A stretch of DNA of 35,659 nucleotides. It comes from an uncultured archaeon (GTDB lineage Archaea > Asgardarchaeota > Lokiarchaeia > Sigyniarchaeales > SOKP01). Of the stretch, positions 26,522-35,659 are shown in pieces. A program made the translations under genes and the position numbers. Numbering within the stretch: position 1 is the first letter of the stretch; each line of letters opens with the position of its first letter. The stretch covers positions 1 through 35,659 of the forward strand of contig CAZDTP010000042.1 of NCBI GenBank assembly GCA_964508365.1. The letters run 5' to 3'. Below the pieces are notes generated by a model. That model did no database searches. It was given only the letters and a program-made list of their open reading frames with translations, and was not told where the DNA came from.

Positions 26522-28066
26522 TTATTCTTTTCTTTTTTTAAGTAAGACAAATTTTGTAATAAGTAGAGAACTTAAAGTTATGATATATATGATGCTCCAA
26601 AGAACGATGTAAATTTCTATATTAAGATACCAGATTGGGTTTTTCAGATCGTTAAAAGTGTGTACTTCGTTCGTCATAATAAAAGTCGTCCCTAAGCACC
26701 AGAGTTGACTGAATCTTTCGATACTATCAATTGTATAAACCATAACAGGGAGATTGTGTAAATAAAATGATCTATATAATTCATTAGAGTATTCATCCCC
26801 CGTTTTGATAATTGTATAATTATATTCAGACATTTCGAATTCTTCTAAGGAAGGATTAGATCTCATATCCATGCCTAATAAAATATCAGTGGCATTTTTT
26901 TGGTTAATCAAATCAATCCATTCAGCGTCGCTAGTGAAAATCATAACTTTTGTTAAATCAATTCCCGATTCGAGTGTTTCGTTCATTATTGTTTCAAAAT
27001 ATACTTCACTATAGAGATGGCTTGATGATGGTAATTTAGTATCGAAATCTATATAAAAGCCATTATCTCTTGTAAAATTTAAAACTTCTTCAAATGTTGG
27101 AATTTGTATGCCCCTGTAATTTTCTCCGTCTTCTTTTGAAATACGACCAAAAGCTAAAGCCCCGTATGGATCTTTGTCCGCAAACCAACTACCAGCGTCT
27201 AATTGTCTTAGTTCAGAAAGCGTGAATGTTTCAGCGCGATCGTTCTTTCGATTTGGAAAAATATCCTCTACATCAGTGGTTCGAGTGAGAGTATCATCGT
27301 GCAGTAAAAATAATTCTCCGTCAATAGAAATTCTTATGTCGACTTCCCAACCAACAGCCCCGTGTTCTACTGCTAATTCTCCCGCTACGATAGTATCTTC
27401 TGGGGCTAAATGCGATGCACCTCTATGTGCTATAATGTTGGGTTTGGGAGGTAGATCGCCGAAAATCACATTTGAGGGGATAAACAATAGCGGAGACGCA
27501 AAAGCAAAAAAATATCCAGTAATTAAAAGTCCTAAAATAACATTTGACTTTATTTCTACATTTAATATCCTATTTGATAAATGACCTTTCCATTGTGGGA
27601 TTGATTTTATCAAAGGATATAAGCCCAAAATAAGTAAGAGTGAAAGGGGTATTGTAAAAAATATACTATAAAACTCAATAACTTGAGGAATTAATCGGGA
27701 GTATTGTTCTAAAGAGTATAATAATAATGCGAATAGACTTGAATATATGAACATTAGAACTATTGGTATAATTTTATTTAGGATACAAGGTTTAATTTCG
27801 TTATTTTTTTTAATATTCCTAAGGTGTATGTGAAAAATCGCTACTCCATAAAGTAGCGGAAGTAAGAGGATTACGATAATTAGAAATACAAGATTTAAAT
27901 CAAAGCCAATATAATCAGAGACTATTAAATTAATATCTCCCCAATATACATGAAAAATTAGCATTATCGATTCTAAAATCATCATGTTTATGATTAACAT
28001 CAAATCACATAGCAACCACTTTTTTCCTTTTATTTTTTGAAGCATATTGAGTAACATCATTTTCAA
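26522..28066 (-). CDS. Six-TM glycerophosphodiester phosphodiesterase (5 TM + GDPD + 1 TM)
   Basis: IIAHRGASHLAPEDT, WEVDIRISIDG, LLHDDTLTRTT, LDAGSWF, IPTFEEVL, LWCLG; TM pattern. Confidence 0.9.
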   Translation of the reverse strand: MKMMLLNMLQKIKGKKWLLCDLMLIINMMILESIMLIFHVYWGDINLIVSDYIGFDLNLVFLIIVILLLPLLYGVAIFHIHLRNIKKNNEIKPCILNKIIPIVLMFIYSSLFALLLYSLEQYSRLIPQVIEFYSIFFTIPLSLLLILGLYPLIKSIPQWKGHLSNRILNVEIKSNVILGLLITGYFFAFASPLLFIPSNVIFGDLPPKPNIIAHRGASHLAPEDTIVAGELAVEHGAVGWEVDIRISIDGELFLLHDDTLTRTTDVEDIFPNRKNDRAETFTLSELRQLDAGSWFADKDPYGALAFGRISKEDGENYRGIQIPTFEEVLNFTRDNGFYIDFDTKLPSSSHLYSEVYFETIMNETLESGIDLTKVMIFTSDAEWIDLINQKNATDILLGMDMRSNPSLEEFEMSEYNYTIIKTGDEYSNELYRSFYLHNLPVMVYTIDSIERFSQLWCLGTTFIMTNEVHTFNDLKNPIWYLNIEIYIVLWSIIYIITLSSLLITKFVLLKKRKE

Positions 28067-28196
28067 ACTTGGAATCTTTAATTTAATAATAAAATAATCT
28101 TTTTTTATTGATAAAAGGATTTAGAGGATTAATTATTAAAAACAAAAAAATTTCTATTTATCTATTTATAGCTTTAATCTTTGTTATTGAGCATAT

Positions 28197-29729
28197 TTAT
28201 CTGCTTTTTTTTAGTTTATGTCTAATAATATCGATTGAACTTAAAGCTATTATGCAAATCGCAATCCAGATCGTGATGTAGGAAAGAATAGGGAAGAATA
28301 AAAAGTTACTCTCCAAATCGTTAAACTTATAGGGGGAATTAGTCTTTACCCAATCCACTCCCAAACACCATAATTGATAATATCTTTCGACAGACTCGAT
28401 TGTCCAAACCATAGTATCTACATCAGCTGTTTTTAAAGCTCTATATTCATCATTGGAGTACCCATCACCTGTATTAATATATGTATAATTAATAGTAGAA
28501 GATTGAAATTCTTGCGTTGTTGGTGAACCAGGCCATCCCAATTGTATCTCAGGAGCGGAATTATTTATCATTTCTATCCATTCGCTATTTTCTGTTGGTA
28601 TCATTACTTTACCTAAATCCATACCTGATTCTATCGTCATGTTTAAAAGAATTTCGTAGAAATCATCATAATATGGATGACCTACTGAGGGTCTATCTGC
28701 ATCAAAATCTAAAAGGTAATCGTTATCTCTTGTGAAATTTAACACTTCTTCAAAAGTGGGAATTTTAATGCCTCTGAATGATTCTGCGGTTGCTTTTGAG
28801 ATTATTCCACTAGCAATAACTCCATAGGGATCGTTATCTACAAACCATGATCCAGCGTCTAATTCTCTAAGTTCTGAAATATTGAATGTGTAAGCCTTAT
28901 CATTTTTTCGATTTGGAAAATGTTCAGAGATATTAGTTGTTCTAGTGAGAGTATCGTCGTGCATTAAAAAAGGAACGCCATCAAAGCTGATTTGAATATC
29001 AACCTCCCATCCTACAACTAAATCATATAAGAGAGCCGCTTCACCTGCTTCGATTGTATTCTCGGGAGCAAGGTGCGAGGCTCCCCGGTGAGCTATTAAC
29101 TCTGGTTTAGGTGGTAAATCGTAAAATAATACATTAGATGGAATAATAATAAAAGGTATTGTATAAGTAATTACATATCCTCCTATTATGCAAGTTAATA
29201 TGATCATCCATTTTCTATTTGCTTTTATGAGTTTATTTGATAAATTTTCCTTTAATTGTGGTATTATCTTAAGTATAGGGTATAAAATCATTATGAGAGC
29301 AATATCTAGTCCAAGAAATATAAAAAAGCTATAAAATTCTATACTTTGAAATATAACATTTGCGTATTCTTCAAGAAAATCAAGTAAAATTACAATAAGA
29401 AGATTATAAATGATTATTAAAATAATTGGTATAATTTTATGGATGATATGAGGTTTAATTCTATTAGTTTTTATTATTTTTCTTAATTTAATAGTTAATA
29501 GTGATAAACCATAAATCAACGGGATTATAATAATAATACCAATGATAAGAACGATATTAATCTTAAAATCAACCCAACCCGAGAATGTTGAATTAATGTC
29601 TCCCCAATATGGTTCAAGTAAATAAATGTACGTCATAAAAATCGCAAAATTTACGCAATATATGCTATAGAGAATTATCCATTTTTTTCCTTTTCTTCTT
29701 AGAAATGAGTTGATATCCATTTTTACCAT
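28197..29729 (-). CDS. Six-TM glycerophosphodiester phosphodiesterase, tandem paralog
   Basis: LIAHRGASHLAPENT, WEVDIQISFDGVPFLMHDDTLTRTT, LDAGSWF, IPTFEEVL, LWCLGVDWVKTN; colinear with the neighbour from the N-terminal KGKKW onward. Confidence 0.9.
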   Translation of the reverse strand: MVKMDINSFLRRKGKKWIILYSIYCVNFAIFMTYIYLLEPYWGDINSTFSGWVDFKINIVLIIGIIIIIPLIYGLSLLTIKLRKIIKTNRIKPHIIHKIIPIILIIIYNLLIVILLDFLEEYANVIFQSIEFYSFFIFLGLDIALIMILYPILKIIPQLKENLSNKLIKANRKWMIILTCIIGGYVITYTIPFIIIPSNVLFYDLPPKPELIAHRGASHLAPENTIEAGEAALLYDLVVGWEVDIQISFDGVPFLMHDDTLTRTTNISEHFPNRKNDKAYTFNISELRELDAGSWFVDNDPYGVIASGIISKATAESFRGIKIPTFEEVLNFTRDNDYLLDFDADRPSVGHPYYDDFYEILLNMTIESGMDLGKVMIPTENSEWIEMINNSAPEIQLGWPGSPTTQEFQSSTINYTYINTGDGYSNDEYRALKTADVDTMVWTIESVERYYQLWCLGVDWVKTNSPYKFNDLESNFLFFPILSYITIWIAICIIALSSIDIIRHKLKKSR

Positions 29730-29840
29730 TCATTTATTAAATTAATTACTAATATATTTAACTTCGAATTTTCTGTTAATAAGCGTTATGGTAATTTGTT
29801 GAAGTTTAAAAAATTATAAATCAGAATATAAAAAAGGAAT

Positions 29841-32003
29841 TTAGTCATAATCCATAATGAATTCTACGGTATCAGTATTTCTTTTAAGGTAGCCTAAATG
29901 GCATGCTTGATTAAAATGGATGTAAAATTTCTTATCTATAATATCTTCCTCTTGTGCAAATTCTTTAAAATCAGAAAGCGGCATTTTTCCATCTACGCTA
30001 TAAGTATGAGCAATTTTTATTAGCGTTTTTACATTTCTATTTAAATATATTTTTCTTTCTGTCATTTTCTTATTCTTTTCTTTTTGATTTAATTTTAATT
30101 TTAACATAGAAGTTTTCAATTTCGATTTATCCAATCCAATTACATCAGAATAAAAAGTTACACCCACGTCTTTAAACATTTTAAATTCTTCACTGTGGGC
30201 AAAGTTATCAAGTTCTGTGATAATTTCTTCTATTGATCGATCCGCAAGTAGTTCTTTTTCCCTTTCTCTTCGTTCTCGATAGTTTTTAATTAAATCGACT
30301 TCTCGAAACTTATTTTGATCTAATTCAAAGCAGATTCTCTCTCGATTTTTAATATTGTATAAATCTAACTGTTTTGAATCTAAAAGCACACAATTCATAG
30401 TCGATTCCTTTCTATCTGCAGCTTTATAAAAAGGGACATCAATAGATTGTCTGGCTATTAATAGATAGCACCTCCCTGGTCCATATCGGCCCGTTCTACC
30501 GCGTCTTTGGATTAATCTAATCTCTGAGGGAACGGGTTCGTAAAAAATAATTGCGTTCACATTTGGAATGTCAAGTCCTTCTTCTGCAACGCTGGTGGCT
30601 ACAAGTATATCTAGCGTTCCTTCTTTAAATTGTTTAATAATTTCAATTTGCTTATCTTGCGAAAATCCTAAATCATCTGTTTTGGATGATTGACCGATAA
30701 ATTTTTCAACTTTTAAGAGAGAATCAAAGCGTTTTTCTATTAAACTCTTTAATAATTCAGCCATGTCTCTGTATTGCGTGAAAATGATGATTTTATTGTT
30801 TCGATAATCTTCGATTTCTTCAGTAATTATTGAAAATAACTTTTCTATTTTAGGATGTGAATATTCATTAATGTTATTCTGTATTAGATTGTTTTTGATA
30901 AATTTGAAGTGTTCGGAGTTGACGATTCTTTTAGCCGAAAGTATGTCTTGATCGGATTTGTATTCAATTTTTTCTAGAAATTTTAAAAATAGCGTAATAT
31001 TTTGAGATTCCAATAAATCTTTACCGTGAAGTAAACTTATAAAACTTGAGCAATAAGAGAAAATCGATTGAACATTTAAAGAGTTTTCTTTAACTAAATC
31101 TCTTATTCGATCAGTCTTAAAATAGAGTGCACTGAAATAATCCTCTTCAGATAGTTCCGGTAAATAGCCGTTCTCGTACTTGAGAGAAAGTGTCAAATCG
31201 CGAGATATCCCTAAGAAATCTAATTTAGAATAATATCTTTTGTTAGGGGGTAATAATTTTTTGTCAATAAAAAATTTTAGAAATTTTTCAAACAAGTTAT
31301 ACCAGACTGCGCTCAGTTCAATTACTTTTACGGGTAAATCGACGAACTCTAAATATGTATCGATATCGTATATATACTGTTTTACATCTTGGTCCTCGTA
31401 CGTTTTGAAAATTACATTTTCAATAAACAAATTATTACATAATTGCTGTATGTGAAAATAGCTTTTTCCTGGAGATGCGGTTAATCCTAAAATGAGAGGA
31501 TCTTGGCATGTATTGAGATATTCGTTCGATATAAAACAATACGAATAATTACCTCTCGTTCTGTGAGCTTCGTCAAAAATAATTAGAGAAACATGCTTTA
31601 AATCGTATCTACCTCTTTCTACATCATTTCTTATTATCTGAGGTGTTGATATAATAATTTTAGAGTTATTAAAGTGAATAATCCTTTTTTCAGGCGATAT
31701 TCTACCCGTAAACGAAATAATCTCATTTGGTTCAATGTTAAGAAATTCCTTACATGACGCTTTATGTTGCGAAACTAAAGGTCTAGTGGGAGCAAGAATA
31801 ATAATTTTAGATTCAGGATATTTTTCTAAAGCCTTACCTACAAGTAAAATACCAATAATCGTTTTTCCTAAACCAGTTGGTAAAACTATTAAAGAATTTC
31901 TTCCTTTACACCTTTTTATTATATTATTTTGATACTGTCTATACAATACTCGATTTTTTTTTAAAAAGGGATGATTAAAATATCCAGAAACTTCTGTTTG
32001 CAT
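29841..32003 (-). CDS. hef: Hef/FANCM/Mph1-type SF2 DEAH helicase, apparently without the ERCC4 nuclease
   Basis: RQYQ, LPTGLGKT, FDEAHR, GLTASPG, IIFTQYRD, ATSVAEEGLDIP, QRRGRTGR. Confidence 0.88.
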   Translation of the reverse strand: MQTEVSGYFNHPFLKKNRVLYRQYQNNIIKRCKGRNSLIVLPTGLGKTIIGILLVGKALEKYPESKIIILAPTRPLVSQHKASCKEFLNIEPNEIISFTGRISPEKRIIHFNNSKIIISTPQIIRNDVERGRYDLKHVSLIIFDEAHRTRGNYSYCFISNEYLNTCQDPLILGLTASPGKSYFHIQQLCNNLFIENVIFKTYEDQDVKQYIYDIDTYLEFVDLPVKVIELSAVWYNLFEKFLKFFIDKKLLPPNKRYYSKLDFLGISRDLTLSLKYENGYLPELSEEDYFSALYFKTDRIRDLVKENSLNVQSIFSYCSSFISLLHGKDLLESQNITLFLKFLEKIEYKSDQDILSAKRIVNSEHFKFIKNNLIQNNINEYSHPKIEKLFSIITEEIEDYRNNKIIIFTQYRDMAELLKSLIEKRFDSLLKVEKFIGQSSKTDDLGFSQDKQIEIIKQFKEGTLDILVATSVAEEGLDIPNVNAIIFYEPVPSEIRLIQRRGRTGRYGPGRCYLLIARQSIDVPFYKAADRKESTMNCVLLDSKQLDLYNIKNRERICFELDQNKFREVDLIKNYRERREREKELLADRSIEEIITELDNFAHSEEFKMFKDVGVTFYSDVIGLDKSKLKTSMLKLKLNQKEKNKKMTERKIYLNRNVKTLIKIAHTYSVDGKMPLSDFKEFAQEEDIIDKKFYIHFNQACHLGYLKRNTDTVEFIMDYD

Positions 32004-32328
32004 TAAAGAAAAGTTGAAGTTAATTCTTTTTAATACAGAGGGGGTTAAGGTTTAATAAGATTAAAAAAAACTTTTTAGACTAATTTATCATTTCAAGTAA
32101 CTTAGTTTTTATTATTATTTTCTTTTAATATAGTATTAAATAAGATATGGAACTATATCGATTAAACAAATACTATGTAGATTCAACAAGTTTAAATATA
32201 ATAAATTCTTAATGAATAATAAATAACTGAATTACAACTTAGCCTCTTCTCCCAAGTTAGTTTATACGCGCCGTGGTTCACTTTGGATAAGGTTAAGCTT
32301 GATAATTGGGAAAAGCATGTGAATAAAA

Positions 32329-33903
32329 ATGAAGATTTTATATATTAATCCGGCCCGTCTGGAATCGGGGATGGATGCTATTATTACTGGTGCTCCATTA
32401 AGTTTAATTTCGATAGCTGCTATGGTCCCAGAACATGATGCAAAATTGTTTGATTTCAAGGTTGATAAATATCGCGAGAGACAATTTCGTAGCGAGTTAA
32501 ATCTGTACGATACAGTAGCAATCACAAGCATGACTCCACAAATATATTCCGCCTTAGAAGTTGCTAAAATGGCGAAAGAGCAAGGTTGCAACACGATTAT
32601 AGGTGGATACCAGCCTACCTTAGTACCAGAGTTTGTAGCTGACCATGAGTATGTAGATTTTACGGTAAGAGGAGAAGGAGAACATACATTTAAAGAAATT
32701 ATCGATTACCTTGATGGGAATAAAAAGCGAATTTCTCTTAAAGAGATTGATGGAATCTCGTATAAAAATAAGGAAGGTAATATTATCCATAATTCTGAAA
32801 GAAAATTAGAACCCAACTTAGATAATTTTCCAATGCCTAGACGAGATTTATTAAAAGGAAAGCTTTACACGTACTTGGGCACCACAACTCGCCAAGTAGA
32901 GACTTCAAGAGGTTGTCCGCACAACTGCAAGTTTTGCTGTATTATAAAAATGTGGAGAAATTCAGACAAGGGAACTACTTACAGAACCAAATCAATTTCA
33001 AGAATAATGAGAGAAGTGTACGATGTTGACTGGAAAAATAATTTTATTTTTTTCTGTGAAGATAACTTCACAATTAATGTGAAAAGAACAAACAAGATAT
33101 TAGATACTTTAATTAAATCAGGAGTCAACAATAAAATGCACTTTTCTTGCCAATCAAGAGTGGATACTCTATATAGGAACCCCGAATTAATCGATAAATT
33201 GTACAAAGCCAATTTTAGGCAAGTTTTTCTTGGAATTGAATCCGTTCATCAGCAGAGTCTAGACGCGATGAATAAGAAGAACACTACGCCTGCAATGGTT
33301 AAAGTAGTAGTAAAAAGTTTACGAGACAAAGGAATTTCAATTTTTGGTGGTGTGATAATTGGATTTCCTGGCGAAACCAAACGAATGGTTAGACAAAATA
33401 TTCAAAATACTATAAACTTAGATTTAGACTGTGTTCAGTTTACCCCCATTACTGCTTTTCCGGGAACGGATTTTTACGATGAAATGAAAGAAAAAGGAAT
33501 GATAACCGCAAGCAATTATAAATTTTACGACTTATTTCATCCGATGATGGGAACTGAAGAACTAACTTCCATAGAAATGTATCGCCTTGTAGCTGAAGCC
33601 TATGCCGCTTTTTATCTGAAAGGATGGCTATTAAGAAGAGCCAAAGAATACTTGAATCCTTTTGGAAAATTCAATTGGATGCTGTCATCCTTGTTAAGGT
33701 TAATTAAGCAGGGTGTATTAGGCGGTTTAGGAATGTTCTATTCTCAAGGTATCACAACTAAAGTGATTTCAAAGGAATTAAAAAATAAGGTTGATTTAAT
33801 GAAAGACATCACCCCCACTCTTGAAATATCCACAGCAAAAAAAACCGAAGAACCGTTAAAGCGTGATACGCTAACACCAGAAATAGCTGAAAAAATATAC
33901 TGA
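32329..33903 (+). CDS. Cobalamin-binding (class B) radical SAM protein
   Basis: N-terminal B12-binding domain (APLSLISIAA, ITSMT, GGYQPT, VRGEGE), ETSRGCPHNCKFC, FCEDNF, FLGIES, IIGFPGET, TAFPGT. Confidence 0.9.
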   Translation: MKILYINPARLESGMDAIITGAPLSLISIAAMVPEHDAKLFDFKVDKYRERQFRSELNLYDTVAITSMTPQIYSALEVAKMAKEQGCNTIIGGYQPTLVPEFVADHEYVDFTVRGEGEHTFKEIIDYLDGNKKRISLKEIDGISYKNKEGNIIHNSERKLEPNLDNFPMPRRDLLKGKLYTYLGTTTRQVETSRGCPHNCKFCCIIKMWRNSDKGTTYRTKSISRIMREVYDVDWKNNFIFFCEDNFTINVKRTNKILDTLIKSGVNNKMHFSCQSRVDTLYRNPELIDKLYKANFRQVFLGIESVHQQSLDAMNKKNTTPAMVKVVVKSLRDKGISIFGGVIIGFPGETKRMVRQNIQNTINLDLDCVQFTPITAFPGTDFYDEMKEKGMITASNYKFYDLFHPMMGTEELTSIEMYRLVAEAYAAFYLKGWLLRRAKEYLNPFGKFNWMLSSLLRLIKQGVLGGLGMFYSQGITTKVISKELKNKVDLMKDITPTLEISTAKKTEEPLKRDTLTPEIAEKIY

Positions 33904-34051
33904 CTTTTTTATTTCTTGTTTTATAATAAATTTAAAGTTGATTCGTTTTAGGTAGTCTTGCCTTAATATCTCGATTTTACGTTGAAAGATTTGAAAAACA
34001 TAAAAATTTATCTTACAAGTAATTTTTAAATTCAAAGATTTGACTTAAAAA

Positions 34052-35443
34052 GTGATAAAACTGAAAATAGCTTTTATTGGAGCAGGCTCAATAGTATTTG
34101 GTGAAAATGTTCTTACCGATATACTTACATTTCCTTCAATACAAAAAGATACGATAATATGTCTTGAAGATATTGATCAACATCGATTAAATATGATGTA
34201 TGATCTAATGAAAAAATATAAAGAGTTGGCCCCCAAGGAATTGGATGGCGTTACATTCGAAAAAACTACGGATATGAAAACAGCAATATCGGATGCAAAG
34301 TATATTATCAGTGCAATTCATGTTGGAGGCTTAGATGCATTTCAAGCAGATATAGATATTCCGTTTAAGTATGGGGTTTCACAATGCATTGGAGATACGT
34401 TAGGACCGGGAGGTGTGTTCCGGTTTTTGCGTAACGCTCCTGTGTTAAAACAAATAGTAGAACTAATAAAAGAGATAGGTTACAACTCTGAAAATCAGGA
34501 AGGAAGGCCTCTTTTTCTTAACTACACAAATCCTATGGCAATGAATACATGGTATTGCAATTCTATAAACCCAGATTCAACTGTTGGGCTCTGTCATGGA
34601 GTTCAAGGAACGAGTATGGCGTTAAGGGATTGGATTGGAGTTAAGCCGGAGAATTATAGCTTTTTCTGCGCTGGAATTAACCACATGGCATGGTTCCTTG
34701 AATTGTGGTATCGAGAATCAAACTCTTCAAACTTTCCATGGAAAAATGCTTACCCTCTTTTAAATAAAAGATGTAAAGCTAATCCAAACATCATTGGGGG
34801 AGATATTCTTCGATGGGACATGATGGAAGCAACGGGATATTTTATGACAGAAACTTCAGGACACCTTAGTGAGTATCTCCCATATTATCGCAAAAGAAAT
34901 GATTTACTGGAGAAATATAGTGGAAAAAAATCGGGTCATGATAGCCTATTACAAGCAGAAGATTATAAAATGCAAACAAAGAACCAAGAAAGGATGGAAC
35001 GTCGATTTGAGCAAAAAATATCACGGAAAAAGTTAATTCTAAAACGAACTCCATCCTATGAGTATTGTTCTCACATAATCAATGCAATGGAAACGAATAT
35101 CCCTTTTAGATTTAATGGTAATGTTATGAACAAAAATGGATCTTTAATTACCAACTTACCTAAGGATTGTTGCGTTGAAGTCCCAATATTCGCTGATTAC
35201 CACGGACTACATCCCCAAGGAGGAATTGAATTACCAACGGTGTGCCAGGCTCTCTGTATCTCAAATGTAATGGTTCAAAAAGCAGCAATAGAAGGACAGC
35301 TCTCGCTTGATAGAGAAAAAATATACCATGCGATTCTCTTAGATCCTAATACAGCTAGCGTTTGTTCTCCTAAGGAAGTGAAAGACATGGTTGAGGATAT
35401 GTTTGAAGCTGAAAAGCAATGGCTTCCTCAATTTAACCAATAA
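34052..35443 (+). CDS. melA: GH4 family NAD+/Mn2+-dependent glycosidase, probably alpha-galactosidase (MelA-like)
   Basis: KIAFIGAGS, GDTLGPGG, NYTNPM, GLCHG (metal Cys), GINHMAW, ETSGHLSEYLPY, CVEVP, AILLDP. Confidence 0.8.
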   Translation: MIKLKIAFIGAGSIVFGENVLTDILTFPSIQKDTIICLEDIDQHRLNMMYDLMKKYKELAPKELDGVTFEKTTDMKTAISDAKYIISAIHVGGLDAFQADIDIPFKYGVSQCIGDTLGPGGVFRFLRNAPVLKQIVELIKEIGYNSENQEGRPLFLNYTNPMAMNTWYCNSINPDSTVGLCHGVQGTSMALRDWIGVKPENYSFFCAGINHMAWFLELWYRESNSSNFPWKNAYPLLNKRCKANPNIIGGDILRWDMMEATGYFMTETSGHLSEYLPYYRKRNDLLEKYSGKKSGHDSLLQAEDYKMQTKNQERMERRFEQKISRKKLILKRTPSYEYCSHIINAMETNIPFRFNGNVMNKNGSLITNLPKDCCVEVPIFADYHGLHPQGGIELPTVCQALCISNVMVQKAAIEGQLSLDREKIYHAILLDPNTASVCSPKEVKDMVEDMFEAEKQWLPQFNQ

Positions 35444-35659
35444 TTTAAAATCCTAATTTTTTTTTATTAGAGTATTTTAATATGATCTTTGAATAAGATT
35501 TAATTCTTGTCTTAAAACTCTGGAATATTTATCATTTTATACCCTACTAAAAAGAAGTGTTTCTTACCTGTTATCCTAAAATCTCAATACAATTGAGGGT
35601 ATATAAAAAAAGAAAAAAAAGAGTATTAATTATGAAACTAATTTATATGTTTTTTTAGA

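Noticed and set aside
30040-30070. ERKIYLN in the Hef C-terminus as the ERCC4 ERKxxxD motif
   Set aside because: Asp is missing and there is no upstream GD motif or downstream HhH
2938-35054. Short track ORFs nested in or antisense to long genes (2938, 5633, 6433, 8191, 11905, 15266, 17110, 18900, 19313, 20103, 20306, 20681, 24637, 25153, 27174, 28517, 31240, 31735, 32262, 32979, 34866)
   Set aside because: All overlap motif-supported genes and have no recognisable motifs of their own
35632-35658. ATG AAA CTA... at the window end
   Set aside because: Closes with TAG after 8 codons
1-35659. CRISPR arrays, tRNA/rRNA, transposases, integrases
   Set aside because: No regularly spaced repeats, no GC-rich structured RNA islands and no mobile-element motifs seen; intergenic gaps are short and AT-rich

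Overview
AT-rich archaeal chromosomal window, most likely Asgard/Lokiarchaeia. This is inferred from a longin-domain protein, a UBC/UEV-like segment, PCI-like winged helices, Hef, an HDINN-type PAS kinase and the acyl-CoA ligases; no marker gene is present. About 20 real genes, with no rRNA, tRNA, CRISPR array or mobile element recognised. The background is lipid and acyl-CoA metabolism: two VAO/PCMH flavoproteins, a CCG Fe-S protein, FadD, an AcdA-like ligase, a B12 radical SAM enzyme, a GH4 glycosidase and a PAS kinase/receiver pair. The standout is a six-gene operon (7613-16761). It encodes two ABC-2 permeases, an ABC ATPase, and a second ATPase fused through one TM helix to an apparently extracellular, sequon-rich array of about 11 prenyltransferase/squalene-cyclase-type repeats. 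It also encodes a catalytically dead ABC ATPase carrying a UEV/RWD-like segment and a longin-4TM protein. Nearby are a 1470-aa tail-anchored protein (prenyltransferase-like repeats, coiled coil, PCI-like winged helices) and two tandem six-TM glycerophosphodiesterases resembling animal GDE2/GDE3 GPI-anchor-cleaving enzymes. Several genes appear to need non-canonical starts (CTG, ATA). All domain calls are by eye from motifs; no searches were run.
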